From an uncultured delta proteobacterium (lineage in GTDB: Bacteria > Desulfobacterota > Zymogenia > Zymogenales > Zymogenaceae), in contig CAVTLK010000005.1 of the NCBI GenBank assembly GCA_963735595.1, positions 416,001-480,000 on the forward strand: a stretch of 64,000 nucleotides of DNA, in the 5' to 3' direction. The notes beneath the pieces were generated by a model that was given only the letters and a program-made list of their open reading frames with translations, was not told the DNA's origin and made no database searches. The position numbers and the translations under genes are program-made. Each line of letters starts with the position of its first letter. The stretch's first letter is position 1. This document shows positions 43,387 to 55,300 of this stretch, piece by piece.

Positions 43387-44535
43387 AACGATCACAACCG
43401 AACACAAGACAAACAGCGCAGCGCCGATAAAGAGGAAGGAGGGCCCGAGATACTCCACGGCGGCGCCCCCGAGGACGTTGGCGATGACCAGCGACCCGTT
43501 CTGGCAGGCCATGTACAAACCGAAGAACCGGGCAGTTCGATTCGGGGGGATGAGCCGGACGAAAAAGGCGTACGCCACCGAGAGGGCTACCGAATAGCCC
43601 GCGCCGGCCCCCACCATAAGCACATAGATACCCCTCATGTCCGAGACGAAGGGGACCAGTCCCAGGACCAGGAACAGAATGAGGAGCCCTCCCATAAGGA
43701 CCGGCCGGTGTCCTATCCGATCGCCCAGGACTCCCACGGGAAATGCTAATACGACATACGTGGCGGTGGTCAGCAGGAGCGCAAAAAATGCCTGCTGGTT
43801 CGTGGCGGAAAGCAGGTCCTTGGCGGCGATGACAAAGAAGAAGTTGACCATCCAGATGCCGGTCCACCAGAAGATCATGGCCGTGAAAAACGTCCTGATC
43901 CGCCGGTCTCCCGTGATCATCTGCAGCATGCCGGGATGCGGGCCCTCTCCGCGGGTGTCCGGCGGCTCCGGGACACCGATAAAAAGGATCGTTACCGACA
44001 CGACGATTACCACCGACGTCCAAAGGAATACGAGCCGGCGGTCGGAGTCCCAGAGGGGCGCGCCGAACAGGAGGAAGAGGATGACCCCCGTTCCGCCGAC
44101 AAGAAACATGACACCGGCGGCCCTCCCCCGCCGCTCGGGCGGCGAGATATCGGCCAGAAATGCAAAATAGGGGCCCATCGTAAAGAAGAAAGCCGCAAAA
44201 AGGATTAGGATAAGGGGGATCGCGGCGGAAAGAGACGCCGCATACGGCAGGACCGCCAGGACGATCACCACGACGATCCAACCGGCGGCTATGAACGGTT
44301 TCCTCCTGCCGAGCCGCCACCGCAGGCGATCCGACATCGTCCCGGCGGCAATCGGCATGGCGATCCCAAAGATCCCCGAGGCCGACAAAACGAGCCCCAC
44401 GACGGTCTCGGAAGGTGTCAGCTCGATCAGAAAGAGGGGAAGCGTGGCGCCCAGGAAACCCCAGAAGGTCTGGACGGCGAAAAGCCCCATGGAAAAGAAA
44501 ACGAGGCGTATGAGGGGAAGGCGGTAAGGGGGCAT
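43369..44535 (-). CDS. MFS transporter
   Basis: About 12 TM segments, SDR...LGRRKPF and GDRIGHR motifs. Confidence 0.9.
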   Translation of the reverse strand: MPPYRLPLIRLVFFSMGLFAVQTFWGFLGATLPLFLIELTPSETVVGLVLSASGIFGIAMPIAAGTMSDRLRWRLGRRKPFIAAGWIVVVIVLAVLPYAASLSAAIPLILILFAAFFFTMGPYFAFLADISPPERRGRAAGVMFLVGGTGVILFLLFGAPLWDSDRRLVFLWTSVVIVVSVTILFIGVPEPPDTRGEGPHPGMLQMITGDRRIRTFFTAMIFWWTGIWMVNFFFVIAAKDLLSATNQQAFFALLLTTATYVVLAFPVGVLGDRIGHRPVLMGGLLILFLVLGLVPFVSDMRGIYVLMVGAGAGYSVALSVAYAFFVRLIPPNRTARFFGLYMACQNGSLVIANVLGGAAVEYLGPSFLFIGAALFVLCSVVIVSRVRG

Positions 44536-44646
44536 GGCACGGTATTCTATAGGAATGTGAACCTAAATCGCCGCGGGGGCCGAGACGGTGTCGCGGGCCC
44601 CCGGCACGGTATACTGCACGGCATGTATCACGATACGGCGGCAGAA

Positions 44647-46680
44647 TCAAGCCTTTTGTTGTACCGCCGGGAGCATGATCTCAAATATGCTGCCTCCCTC
44701 CGTGGGGCTGATGAGGTCAATAGCGCCCCCGTGGGCCTCGATGATCTCCTTGACGATCGCCAGCCCCAGCCCCGCCCCCTTTTCAGTCGAGGGGACGTTT
44801 CCCCCCCGGTAGAACTCCTCGAAGATCCTATTGCGCTCCTCCGGGGCCACCCCGATACCGGTATCGGCCACTGCGATGGATACCAGGGGGGGCGCGAGGC
44901 GCTTTGAATGTCCGGCGTCGGCAGGCGTTTCGCCGAAATCAGCGACGGCCGTTACCGTCATGGTGACTGACCCGCCCGTGGGCGTATATTTTAAGGCGTT
45001 CTTTATCAGGTTCGTCAGGGCGACCTCCAACAGAGAAAGGTCACCCTCGATCTTCAAGGTGTCCGCCGAGAGAATCAGGCGGTGCTCGATCTTCTTATTG
45101 GTGAGCCGCTCGTCATAATCACTGAAGACCTTTTGAGCAAGAATATGGGGGTTGACCTCGTCGCGCCGCGGCCTGATCTTACCGGAGCGGAGCCTCGTTA
45201 TGTCAAGGAAGTTTTCCATAATGAGTTTGAGCCGCTCGGACTCGGCGAAAACCGCGGTCAGATGCCTCTGAATCTTCTGGTCGTCCCGGGAGGCCTCCAT
45301 GATAAGCTGGGCGTGCCCCATGATCGTGCCGAGGGGGGTCCCCACTTCGTGGGTGAAGACGTTAATCAGGTGCGATTTGAATTCTTCGTTTTTCTTGATC
45401 TCCCCGAAAAGCCGCGCGTTTTCCATTGAGAGCGCCGCGAGGTCCGCTACGGACCTGAGCACGTCGATTTCGGAGGATTCAAAGGGCTTTTTCTCTCTCA
45501 GACGGGCAAGGCTGATGAGGCCGAAGACCTTCGCGCCCATTACAATGGGTATCAGGAGCAGCGTCTTGACGCCGGCCTGCCTGATTCGATCTTCATCGGC
45601 AAAGAAAAGCGGTACGCTGTCCACATCCTCAATGTAAAGGTGGCGCTTCTCGTTAATGACCTTCCGGTATTCGGGATAGTGGGAAAGATCGATAGGATAG
45701 GGCAGAGAAAAGCGGTCCTTCCCCTTTTCCGTTGTCGCGCGGATCACGGCACCCTGTTCGGGATCTATGGTAATAACCCCGATGCGGTCCGCGGCGACCG
45801 CCTCCCTGATGGACGTGACAAGTATAGGGAATATGTCGTCGATCGTTAGTGCCGTAGAGAGGCGCCGGGAGGTGGTATAGAGCAGGGCGAGTCCCGCGGT
45901 GAGCGTAATCCTCTCGGTCACATCGCGTGCGGTGATATGCACGGGGGTCGGCATTACCTCGTGCACGAAAGCCCCTCCGTTGACCTCCATAAAGCGGTAG
46001 CCGCCCTTCTTATCTCTCATCCTGATCAGGCGGGGGAGGGCGGGTGACGACGACGAAGTCAAATCGGCGATAAGATGTTCGGCGTCGTTGCGATCGTCGG
46101 GATGAACCAGGTTCAGGAAATCCGGGTCTTTGGCGGCTGTGCCTACGTCAAGATTCATGCGTGCGGCGGAATTGGCTTCAAGCACCGTTCCTTTGCGATC
46201 CAGGATGAACGTCGGATCCGCGTATTCCTCAAAGAGAAGGCGGTAACGGCGGCTCAGCGACTCTATGTGCTCCGTGCTTTGCTTGAGCCTGACGAAGTTC
46301 TCCACCTTCTTAAGGAAGATATCCGGGTCAAACGGCTTAACAATATAGTCGACGGCGCCCAGCTGAAGCCCCTGCAACATTCGTTCGGAGTCGGTATGGA
46401 TGGCGGAGATGAAGATTATTGGAACGTCGGCAAGCGAGCGGATCTCCCTGAGACGCCGCGATGTGTCGAACCCGTCGATGCCCGGAAGGTTGATATCGAT
46501 GATTATGAGATCGAAAACGGACGGCGATTCCCCAAGGGACGATAGCGCCGCGAAGGGATCGGCAAATCCCGCCACGTCGTATCCTTCCCGCTTCAATATC
46601 CGCCCGACCGCCGAGAGCACCGACGGATCGTCTTCTATGAGGATGACGGCGCCTTTTCTTATCACGGTAATGACTCCCAT
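44647..46680 (-). CDS. Hybrid sensor kinase (REC-PAS-GAF-HisKA-HATPase)
   Basis: DINLPGIDG, VHPDD/RDVTER, HEVGTPL, NLIKNALKY, DTGIG, GLGLAI. Confidence 0.92.
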   Translation of the reverse strand: MGVITVIRKGAVILIEDDPSVLSAVGRILKREGYDVAGFADPFAALSSLGESPSVFDLIIIDINLPGIDGFDTSRRLREIRSLADVPIIFISAIHTDSERMLQGLQLGAVDYIVKPFDPDIFLKKVENFVRLKQSTEHIESLSRRYRLLFEEYADPTFILDRKGTVLEANSAARMNLDVGTAAKDPDFLNLVHPDDRNDAEHLIADLTSSSSPALPRLIRMRDKKGGYRFMEVNGGAFVHEVMPTPVHITARDVTERITLTAGLALLYTTSRRLSTALTIDDIFPILVTSIREAVAADRIGVITIDPEQGAVIRATTEKGKDRFSLPYPIDLSHYPEYRKVINEKRHLYIEDVDSVPLFFADEDRIRQAGVKTLLLIPIVMGAKVFGLISLARLREKKPFESSEIDVLRSVADLAALSMENARLFGEIKKNEEFKSHLINVFTHEVGTPLGTIMGHAQLIMEASRDDQKIQRHLTAVFAESERLKLIMENFLDITRLRSGKIRPRRDEVNPHILAQKVFSDYDERLTNKKIEHRLILSADTLKIEGDLSLLEVALTNLIKNALKYTPTGGSVTMTVTAVADFGETPADAGHSKRLAPPLVSIAVADTGIGVAPEERNRIFEEFYRGGNVPSTEKGAGLGLAIVKEIIEAHGGAIDLISPTEGGSIFEIMLPAVQQKA

Positions 46681-46732
46681 CGGCATAATAGCACGTTCGA
46701 TCGTCAAAGGCAAACGGATCGGAGCCAGGGTA

Positions 46733-46761
46733 TTGAAAACGGGCAAAAGTTACTGTATAAT
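46733..46761 (+). promoter_or_regulatory. sigma70 promoter for the sigma54 activator gene
   Basis: TTGAAA-17-TATAAT. Confidence 0.7.
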
Positions 46762-46797
46762 GCGAAAAGATGTTAATTCCGACGAAAGGGAGGATGC

Positions 46798-48174
46798 GTG
46801 GGGGGGATAAGTAAAATACTGATTGTCGAAAACGACACGCCCATGGCCGATATGCTGTCGGACTTCCTTGCCGAAAAGGGATTTGCCGCGGCTGTCGCCG
46901 GGGACGGGACGGCCGCGCTGGCGCGAATCGGGCAGGAACGGTTCGATATTATTCTCTCGGACGTGGTCATGCCGAATATGGACGGCATCGAGCTGCTGCG
47001 CCGGCTCAAGGACATAAACTGCGAGGCCACGGTGATCATGATGAGCGCCTACGGCACGATTGACAACGCCGTGGAGGCGATGAAACTGGGCGCCTACGAC
47101 TACATCTCCAAACCCTTTCGGCTCGACGAGATCCTGTTGACCATCGGCAAGGTCCAGGAGAGCCGGATGCTCCGGGACGAGAACATCCGTCTCAAGCGGG
47201 AGCTGGCCGGTAAGTACACCTTCCATGACATCATCACCAAGAATGACCAGATGCACAAGATATTCCAGACCATCAAGAAGGTGTCGGGATATTCGACGGG
47301 CATCCTGATTATGGGGGAGAGCGGCACCGGGAAAGAGCTGATAGCCCGGGCGATCCACTACGAGAGCAGTCTCCAGAGCGGCCCCTTTGTCCCGGTCAAC
47401 CTGGCCGCGATACCGGAAACCCTTCTGGAGAGTGAGCTTTTCGGTCACGTCAAGGGCGCGTTTACCGACGCCGTCAGGGATAAACCGGGCCTCTTTGAGG
47501 AGGCAAACCAGGGCACCCTCTTTCTGGACGAGATCGGGGAGCTTCCGGTCCTGCTGCAGGTTAAGCTGCTCAGGGTCCTTCAGGAGGGGGAGGTCAGAAG
47601 GGTCGGGGCGACCGGTTCGACAAAAGTCTCGGTCCGCATCATCGCTGCCACGGCCAAGGACCTCGAGCACGAGATAAGGGATGGGTCATTCCGCGACGAT
47701 CTCTACTGGAGACTGAACGTAATCTCGCTGAAGCTTCCCCCTCTCAGGGAGAGGACGGAAGATATCCCGCTTCTGGTGGAGTATTTCATCGGGAGGTTCA
47801 ACGCCAAGCTCGGTCTTTCGACAAAGGGAATCGATCGGGAGGCCCTCTCGGCGCTTATGGAATACCGGTGGCCCGGCAATATCCGGGAGCTTGAAAACTG
47901 CATGGAGCGGGCGATGATACTGTCGGACGCGGAGGTGATCAGGCAGGCCGACCTCCCCCACCAGATCGCCGGCGCGGGGGCGGCCACGGCGGGCAGCGCG
48001 GTATCCCTCTCGATGACGTCTTTTTCAATCAAGGAGGCGTCACGGACCATCGAAAAGCGGTTGATCGCCGACGCGCTGACGGCGACCGGAGGAAACCTTA
48101 CGAAGGCGGCAAAACTCCTCGAAATCAGCTACCGCGCGCTGCTCTATAAGATAAAAGAATACGGCATTCGATAG
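46798..48174 (+). CDS. sigma54-dependent response regulator (NtrC/PilR-like)
   Basis: REC domain, GESGTGKE, GAFTDA, WPGNIREL, Fis-type HTH. Confidence 0.95.
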   Translation: MGGISKILIVENDTPMADMLSDFLAEKGFAAAVAGDGTAALARIGQERFDIILSDVVMPNMDGIELLRRLKDINCEATVIMMSAYGTIDNAVEAMKLGAYDYISKPFRLDEILLTIGKVQESRMLRDENIRLKRELAGKYTFHDIITKNDQMHKIFQTIKKVSGYSTGILIMGESGTGKELIARAIHYESSLQSGPFVPVNLAAIPETLLESELFGHVKGAFTDAVRDKPGLFEEANQGTLFLDEIGELPVLLQVKLLRVLQEGEVRRVGATGSTKVSVRIIAATAKDLEHEIRDGSFRDDLYWRLNVISLKLPPLRERTEDIPLLVEYFIGRFNAKLGLSTKGIDREALSALMEYRWPGNIRELENCMERAMILSDAEVIRQADLPHQIAGAGAATAGSAVSLSMTSFSIKEASRTIEKRLIADALTATGGNLTKAAKLLEISYRALLYKIKEYGIR

Positions 48175-48340
48175 CGCCGCGCATCGAAAAAATGCGCATA
48201 CTTTTCACACTCTCTATGCACTATTTGCGCATTTCTTTGACGTGCCGCGCGCGCACCGCAAAGGGGTGCGAAAATACCTGTCATTCCAAGGAGATACGAG
48301 GCGCTGTCCGGTCATCGAATGGCAGAATTGTCCCTTTATT

Positions 48341-48356
48341 TGGCATGGATAATGCA
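48341..48356 (+). promoter_or_regulatory. sigma54 -24/-12 promoter of the pilin cluster
   Basis: TGGCATGGATAATGCA with correct GG-N10-GC spacing, 24 bp before the ATG. Confidence 0.75.
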
Positions 48357-48380
48357 TTAAAGAAAACAGGGGTAGTCTAT

Positions 48381-49082
48381 ATGAAGCGAATCCTATTATC
48401 TATCTGTCTTCTCATCGCTTCCCCGGATCGCCGAAGAAACCGATCCGAAAGCGGCCGGCGTGCGCCTTTTCATCCGGCCGGAGGGTTTACCATCCTGGAG
48501 CTGATGACGGTCGTGGGCATCATCGCGATCCTTTCGGCGATTGCGGTCTACAGCATCAACACGAACCTCGACCGCATCAGGGCCGATACGGCGGTGCGGA
48601 GGGTCTCCCTTGCGCTCAACTACGCGCGGATACGGGCCGTCGCCGAGAACTGCAATTACGTCGTTACGTTCTCCGTCCGCACCACCCTCAACAAGGGCCA
48701 GTCCAGAAGTTATATCGAGATGCTGGCCGATCTGGATAAAGACGGCACGAAGGATTCGGGTGAAACGACCAGAATCGAGGACCTTCCGGGCGGTATCATG
48801 TACGACCTGAACGGACAACCCGATATCAATAATATCGCGGCCGACGCCCAGAATCGGGACGGGATCGCTTTTTCGGATAACAAGGTTACCTTTCTGCCCC
48901 GTGGGAACGCCGACGAAGGCGGTGAAGTCTACATAATTCCCGAGAAAAGCCTCGAAAGGAACATCAACCAAAACCGGAGGGCAATCTCTCTCGAGAGACT
49001 CTCGGGCAGGACAATCGGCTGGTTTTACCATACGTCACTGGCTGACGCAGGCAAAAACCCCTGGAAAGAGGAGGGCAAATGA
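48381..49082 (+). CDS. FimT/GspH-like minor pilin
   Basis: G|FTILELMTVVGII prepilin motif, ARIRAV, VTFLPRG. Confidence 0.85.
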   Translation: MKRILLSICLLIASPDRRRNRSESGRRAPFHPAGGFTILELMTVVGIIAILSAIAVYSINTNLDRIRADTAVRRVSLALNYARIRAVAENCNYVVTFSVRTTLNKGQSRSYIEMLADLDKDGTKDSGETTRIEDLPGGIMYDLNGQPDINNIAADAQNRDGIAFSDNKVTFLPRGNADEGGEVYIIPEKSLERNINQNRRAISLERLSGRTIGWFYHTSLADAGKNPWKEEGK

Positions 49083-49912
49083 GCCGGAGTCTAATTAAGC
49101 GAATTAACAAGGACGTCGGGAACGTCAATCGGCTTATCGGTTCCGCCTGCCGCCGCGGCTCGGCGCGCGCCGAAGGGTTTACGCTGCTGGAGACGATGAT
49201 CGCCTTGAGCATCTTTACCATCGGCATCATGGCAATCGGCGGCATGCTCGTCTATTCCACGAGGGCCCGTGTGCTCAACCGCCAGGTAAACTTCGCCGTT
49301 TCCTCGACCTACGACCGGATCGAGGAGATCAGGAAGATATCCGAAAGCGAGGTGGACGTCCGGTATAACACCGTACTGAACTTCAACTATATCCTATCCC
49401 GAGACGCCGCGTACGGCTTCATTGACAATTATGCGACCCCCGGCTTCCTCTCCGGCGCCGCCGGCTACACCGCGGCGGTGACCAGCATTGACGCCAAGGG
49501 GATATCAGCCGAAGAAAAACAGGCGCGCAAGGATAAGATCAAGATCCTCTATGACGACGGTCTTGAGATACACGGCGACGACGTGGCGGCTGACGGCATC
49601 TGGAGCTGCATCGATTACATCAACATGGATACCGGCGAGGTCAAGCCCCAGCCGGAATACGCCAACCTCACGGCGGCCGAGAAGAAGCAATGGCGCTGGA
49701 CGCTGACCCGGAGGACCGTCCTCGAGCCGATGACGCTCGTGGCGGTGGGCGGGGCGGAATACAAGCGGACGCTCTCCCACGCCACCCTGTCGGGCACGTC
49801 AACGACGGGCGCCGACGTGGCGCAGCTGACGGTGATAAGCTCGTGGACCGATATGACGGGAAATACCCGGTCGGTTAACTACAATACCCTGCTTGTCCGC
49901 GGGTCTACCTAA
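49079..49912 (+). CDS. PilV-like minor pilin
   Basis: G|FTLLETMIALSIFTIGIMAI. Confidence 0.85.
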   Translation: MSRSLIKRINKDVGNVNRLIGSACRRGSARAEGFTLLETMIALSIFTIGIMAIGGMLVYSTRARVLNRQVNFAVSSTYDRIEEIRKISESEVDVRYNTVLNFNYILSRDAAYGFIDNYATPGFLSGAAGYTAAVTSIDAKGISAEEKQARKDKIKILYDDGLEIHGDDVAADGIWSCIDYINMDTGEVKPQPEYANLTAAEKKQWRWTLTRRTVLEPMTLVAVGGAEYKRTLSHATLSGTSTTGADVAQLTVISSWTDMTGNTRSVNYNTLLVRGST

Positions 49913-50016
49913 ACGGCGGACAGTACATGGATGGGGACGGCCCGCGCGGCGGGCAAAATGGAGCGGCGGGAAACGCCCGCGGCTCATATCATGCGAACGT
50001 AACGGCGGAGGCCACC

Positions 50017-52301
50017 GTGTCTAAGAAAAAGGTTAATGTGAACCCCCTGACGGGGGCAAAGGGCGGGTATATCATGATGCTGGCGCTGATCATCATGCTT
50101 ACCCTGACCGTCATCGCCGTGGGGTACGTCTCCAACGTCATGCTGGAGACCTCCATCACCAGGAACTACCGCGTCAACCGGGACGTACTGAACGCGGCGG
50201 AAGCGGGGCTCGGCGTGGCCATGCGCATCACCCACGAAGAAATCCTCGGCCAGCTCGAGCCCTTCTCGGGCACCGCGCGGACCGAATACGAGGACGACAA
50301 CGCAACGAAGTACGGGTACCCGTTCCAGACGCTGTTTGACGATTATAACGACGTCAAAGTGAAGTACCGCGTCATCCCCGAAAACCCCGACCCGCAGAAG
50401 AACCGCTTCCTCTACCGGACGTACGTCTCCTGCTCGGAGATGATCCACTACGCCTACCCCTACGTTATCGAGGTGCTGGCCGAACCGACCAGCGGGATAG
50501 GGGGGACGCAGTACCTGAAGCGGCAGATCCGGGTCCTGGAGACGCCGCTCGTCCAGTATTTCGTCTTTTTTGACGACGACCTGCCCTGGCACCCCGGCCC
50601 GACGATGAACGCATGGGGGAGGATCCACACCAACGGCAGTATCTGGTTTTCTCCCGAGCCTACCGGCGCTATATATCTTAAGAACCTCACGAGCGGAAGC
50701 GTCATGGTCGAGCATTTCGTCACCGCCTCCGGCGTGATCTACCAGGACCGTGTGCTGGGTATGGTCCCGACGGAGACCCGCGGCGGGACCGTCCGCATGC
50801 GGGTCTATCACCTCACCTCGACAACGGATAACCAGACCCTCTATAACGCGGGAACCAACCCGGCCGGCGACTACGTGGAAATAAACGCCGACATCACCTC
50901 GGCCAACGCCGACGCCGAGAAGGCCCGCTTCACGGACCCCAACGGCTGCTCCTACGTTATGACGGGCGTCCCCAAGTCCCCGTCGATTTCGTTTAACGCC
51001 ACGTTCCGAAATGGGTTCTACGAGAGCAGGGCCCGCGCGCCGGAGCGCAGCGAGTATTTCGGGCTGACCATCGTCATCGAGGGAAACGGCGGCGGAAACT
51101 GGCCGCCGAGAAACGCCACCACCGACGTAACCGGGACGCTGCATATCTACGCCGCCACCAAGGACTTCGCCCATGACTACAAGACCTTTCCCGACGGGGT
51201 GAAGATCGAGGACGTGACATCGCAGGTGTTTTACGCCGGCAGCGACATAGCGTGCGAAACGGCGGGTTACACCGCGACAGACGGGGATATCGTCTTCTCT
51301 CCCGAGACGGTCAGGAACCCCCTTGCCCCCCCCCGCTGTTTCCGAACAGCGATATCAATCTGGCCTATCCCGTCTACCTGGAGCGCAACGACCAGCGGCA
51401 GGACATGAACGGGGTCGCCCTGACGGTAATCGACCTGGAGCGGCTGGAGAAATGGTTTTACTCCGAGTATCTCGATTCCGAGTACGACGACAACCCGGGC
51501 AACCAGTCGATCGAAAAGTTCCAGACCGACGAGATTACCGGAAACAAGACCAAGCTCGTCATCTACATCAGCCGCACCCCGACGGTCGCCGAGGTGCCGG
51601 GGTGGGCGGGGTATACCGCGGACGGCGGGCCGCCCTACCCCTATTACGACAACAAGCCCCTCCAGGTGCTGCAGGCCATCAAGATCTGGCACAGCGACGA
51701 GCTCCTCTGCCCGACCACCATCGCCAGCGACAACCCGGTCTACATCGAGGGGAACTTCAACTACAGGGTCGCCGGCGCCTATCCCCAGACGGGGTGCGCC
51801 GTCATCGCCGACCTGGTGACGCTCCTCTCCAACGACTGGCATGCTGACCTTGATATCGGCGTCCCCGAGGGAAGGCCGGCCGCGGCCAAGACCCTTGCCC
51901 TAACCGTCGCGACGAATACGTGGTACAGCGCGGCCTTTTTCACCGGAAGGGACGACCTGAACGACTTCGCCATCCGCGGCGGCGCTTTTAACGACGAGAC
52001 GGAGGGGCTCCATAACTTCCTCGGGTTCGCGGAGGACTGGAATACCATAGACTGCACGATAAACGGGTCATTCATCAACCTCTGGTTTACCCGGCAGGCC
52101 CTCGGGTTTTTCGATGTTGTATCAACCGGGGTTGACCGTGTGTACCGGCCGCCCGACCGTTTCTTCGGGTGGGACCCGGGGTACAAGGACTCACAGTACT
52201 GGCCGCCCTACTGCCCGTCGGCCTACAGCGTGGAGAGAGTCGGCTGGTACCAGGGCGACGAGTACGTAGAAGAATTCATTCAGGATCCAACCGAAGAGTG
52301 A
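50017..52301 (+). CDS. Large PilX-like minor pilin (frame break at C9 run, 51326-51334)
   Basis: G|YIMMLALII lacking Glu5, AAEAGL, GRIHTNG, C-terminal LHNF...EDW...YRPP.R. Confidence 0.8.
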
Positions 52302-52306
52302 GGAAC

Positions 52307-55300
52307 ATGATGCGCGCATACAAAACTGCAGTCCGATGGATTACGATGCGGCGGGGCTTTACCATCGTCGAAATGCTGATCGCCGTTGTCATCTCCTTTA
52401 TCATCCTGGCCGCGGTGTTCGAGGTGTTCATCGCCCAGAAGCGGCGTTACGTCACCGAGGACGCCGTGCTGGAGATGGAAAACCGCGGCGACTTCGCCAT
52501 CGAATACCTCACCAGGATCATCCAGAACTCGGGATACAACATCCAGCAGGGGATGAAGTTCGAGGCGGCCTCCGACCATTATTTTGTCACGGCGATGGAC
52601 GAAAACGACGACAACGTCATCAGCCCCGAGGAGGTCATCGCGATCGTCCTCAATAAACCGACCCGGGAAATCGAGGCCGGCGACCAGCCGACCGAGCTGG
52701 TCCGGGACCCCAGCCAGGACGATTTTACCGCTGGCAAGAGGTCGTTCGGGTTTGACGCATACTTCGACATGGATGGCGACGGCACGGTGGGGGATGCCGA
52801 GAAGTTCACGTCGGGATATAACCTCAACACGGCGCGCGACGACAGCAGCCTCGACCAGAAGGACGCTATTAGGCTCTTCCTGGCCGACGGCCCGCCCTAC
52901 GCGGTCTACCGGTACAGTTTTAACCTCCTCGACGATGACGACGCGTATGACAGCGTCGGCAACCCCTATATCGTCAACCCGGCGCCGGACCTGATCGCCG
53001 ATGGCGTCGACAACTTCATTATCCGCTACTACGACGAAGAGAACCTCCCGCTGCCGGCGACCTTCGACGACGCGGGCAGGAGGATTACCCCCAAGCCGCC
53101 GTATATGCTTACCCGCGACGACATGACCCGGATCAGGAGGGTCGAGTTCGAGGTCCTCCTGCGCTCGACACGGGTCGACAACAAGTGGACCGATTCCGGA
53201 TCATACCCCGCGGGGTCCGTGGCGACCTACGACTCGAGCGGCAAGCCCGCCGGCTGGTCGTGCGGCGACGCCGAGTTCCGTGCCGGGGCGCCCTACCTGG
53301 TCAGCTGCGCCGGCCTGTCGGACTGGGACTGCTTCTACCGGTACTGCAACAATAAGACGTACCCGACCCTCACCGATAATAAGGTCGAGTACGAAGACCA
53401 GTACCGCCGGCTCCTGCTGACTTCGAGCGTGACCCCCAAGAACCTCACTCTTAACCCGTACGGGCAGCTGACCCTGACGGTCGACCCGGTCAAGATCAGG
53501 TGCCCCGATACCTCCGCCACCCTTACGGCCACATTGAGAGACCGGGAGGGAGACCCCATAGAGGACGCGGTGGTCAATTTCTATTCGACGTCCCTCGTGT
53601 CGGGGCTCGACTATACGGGCGTATCGGATACCGACGTGAACGGCGACCCGATCACCGACGAAAACGGGGTCGTAACCGGCATCACCCTGAGCGCGCTCGT
53701 GATGGCCGACGGCACCAAGAAGCCGGTATCCGTCACCGTATCCGCGGATACCGCCATAACCGTTACCGTCGACGGGGTCGACCGGTCGATACCGATCTAT
53801 TCCTCCGTCGTCGTCCCGTTTGTCGTCGGCCCGCCGGCGACCGTCGTGCTGCTCAATACGCCCACGGACGCCACCGCGTGCCTGACCGACTCCATTAAGC
53901 CGTTCTCCCTCTATGCGGAAGACTGCAACGGGTTCCCGGTGGAAGGCGCGACGATCACGGTGACGCCGTTTAATCCCGCGACTCCGGGGACGCCTATCAC
54001 CTCTGATATCAATCCGGGTTCGTTTCACAAGGAAAATAGCAGGACGTCCACCGTCATGAACGAAATGGTGGATTATTCGAGCAACGAAGACGACAACGGG
54101 AAATACCTCATCTGGTATGCGTCTCCGATGATAACCAATCCCGCGGTACCATACTACCTGCCGAGCCTCGGGATCGCCTTCGAGGCGACGGCCTTCGACC
54201 AAAAAGAGCTGACCGACCCCGTGCCGGACGGCTGGGGCTTTTCGGATAACCCGGAGAAGACGTGCAATATCACCATACTGCCCGGCGAGGTAAACTCGAT
54301 TACCGTCCTTCCCACCGAACACGGCGCCGGGTCCGGGTGCGAGAACGAGTATTTCGATTTCTACGTTACCGGGTATGACTGCGGAAGCCTCAATGCTTAT
54401 GGGTCCAGCCTCATCTGGGCGTCGATTTTCGGCGATGATGAAAAAACGTCCCCAGATTCCGACCAACATCGTCGGGACGCTTAAAGATAAGTTCGGTGCG
54501 GACCTCGGTGTCAAGAACGCCGTGATGCTATACGACTCCCATGACCAGAAATACCGGCTGAGGTTCGTGACCACGGGGTGCGCCCTCAATACAGAGAGCG
54601 AGAGTATCAGGGTATTCAACTACGAGTTAGGGAATTATCCTTACACCGTACCGGAAGGCGGCGCCAGCGGCATAATAGACCCGGTAACCCTGGCCCAGTG
54701 CCCGGTGGGGATCAACATCGTCCTTACTGCGAAAGAGCCGCATACAACCGGCGGTACCGGCACGCTGACCGACGGCTTCTACCAGAACGGGTGTGATTAC
54801 GACAATATTGACGTCGTGGCGGAGGTCACCCTGAACATCCCCCCGACGACCATCTGTGACGAGGTCATCCTTAACCCGGTCACCTTCACGGTGGTCAGCG
54901 GCGGCGCCCGGTTCCTGGACGCCGGCGGGAACCCGACCCTCATCACGACGACCGTCAATACCGACAACACCAACGGCGTGGCCTTCGCGGGCCTCAAGCT
55001 CACCGGTACGTCCCTCGCCGACGTAGTGATCAGCGCGACCACTTCCAATGGGACCGCGCCGGTCTATACGGACACGACGACCATTACCTACCCGGTCGGG
55101 GAGGAGCATATCGTCTTTGCCTACCGGGACAGCTGTTATAAGGACCTCCTGAGCCCGGCCAACGGGATCCGTACCGATGACTATGTCTACCTCGAGGTGC
55201 TCGACTGTAACCAGAACGAAAGCACCGGCGCCGCCGACACTACCACGGCCACCGTATACTCATTCCTGGCCGCCACCAACGACTCGGAAGCAGTAACGCT

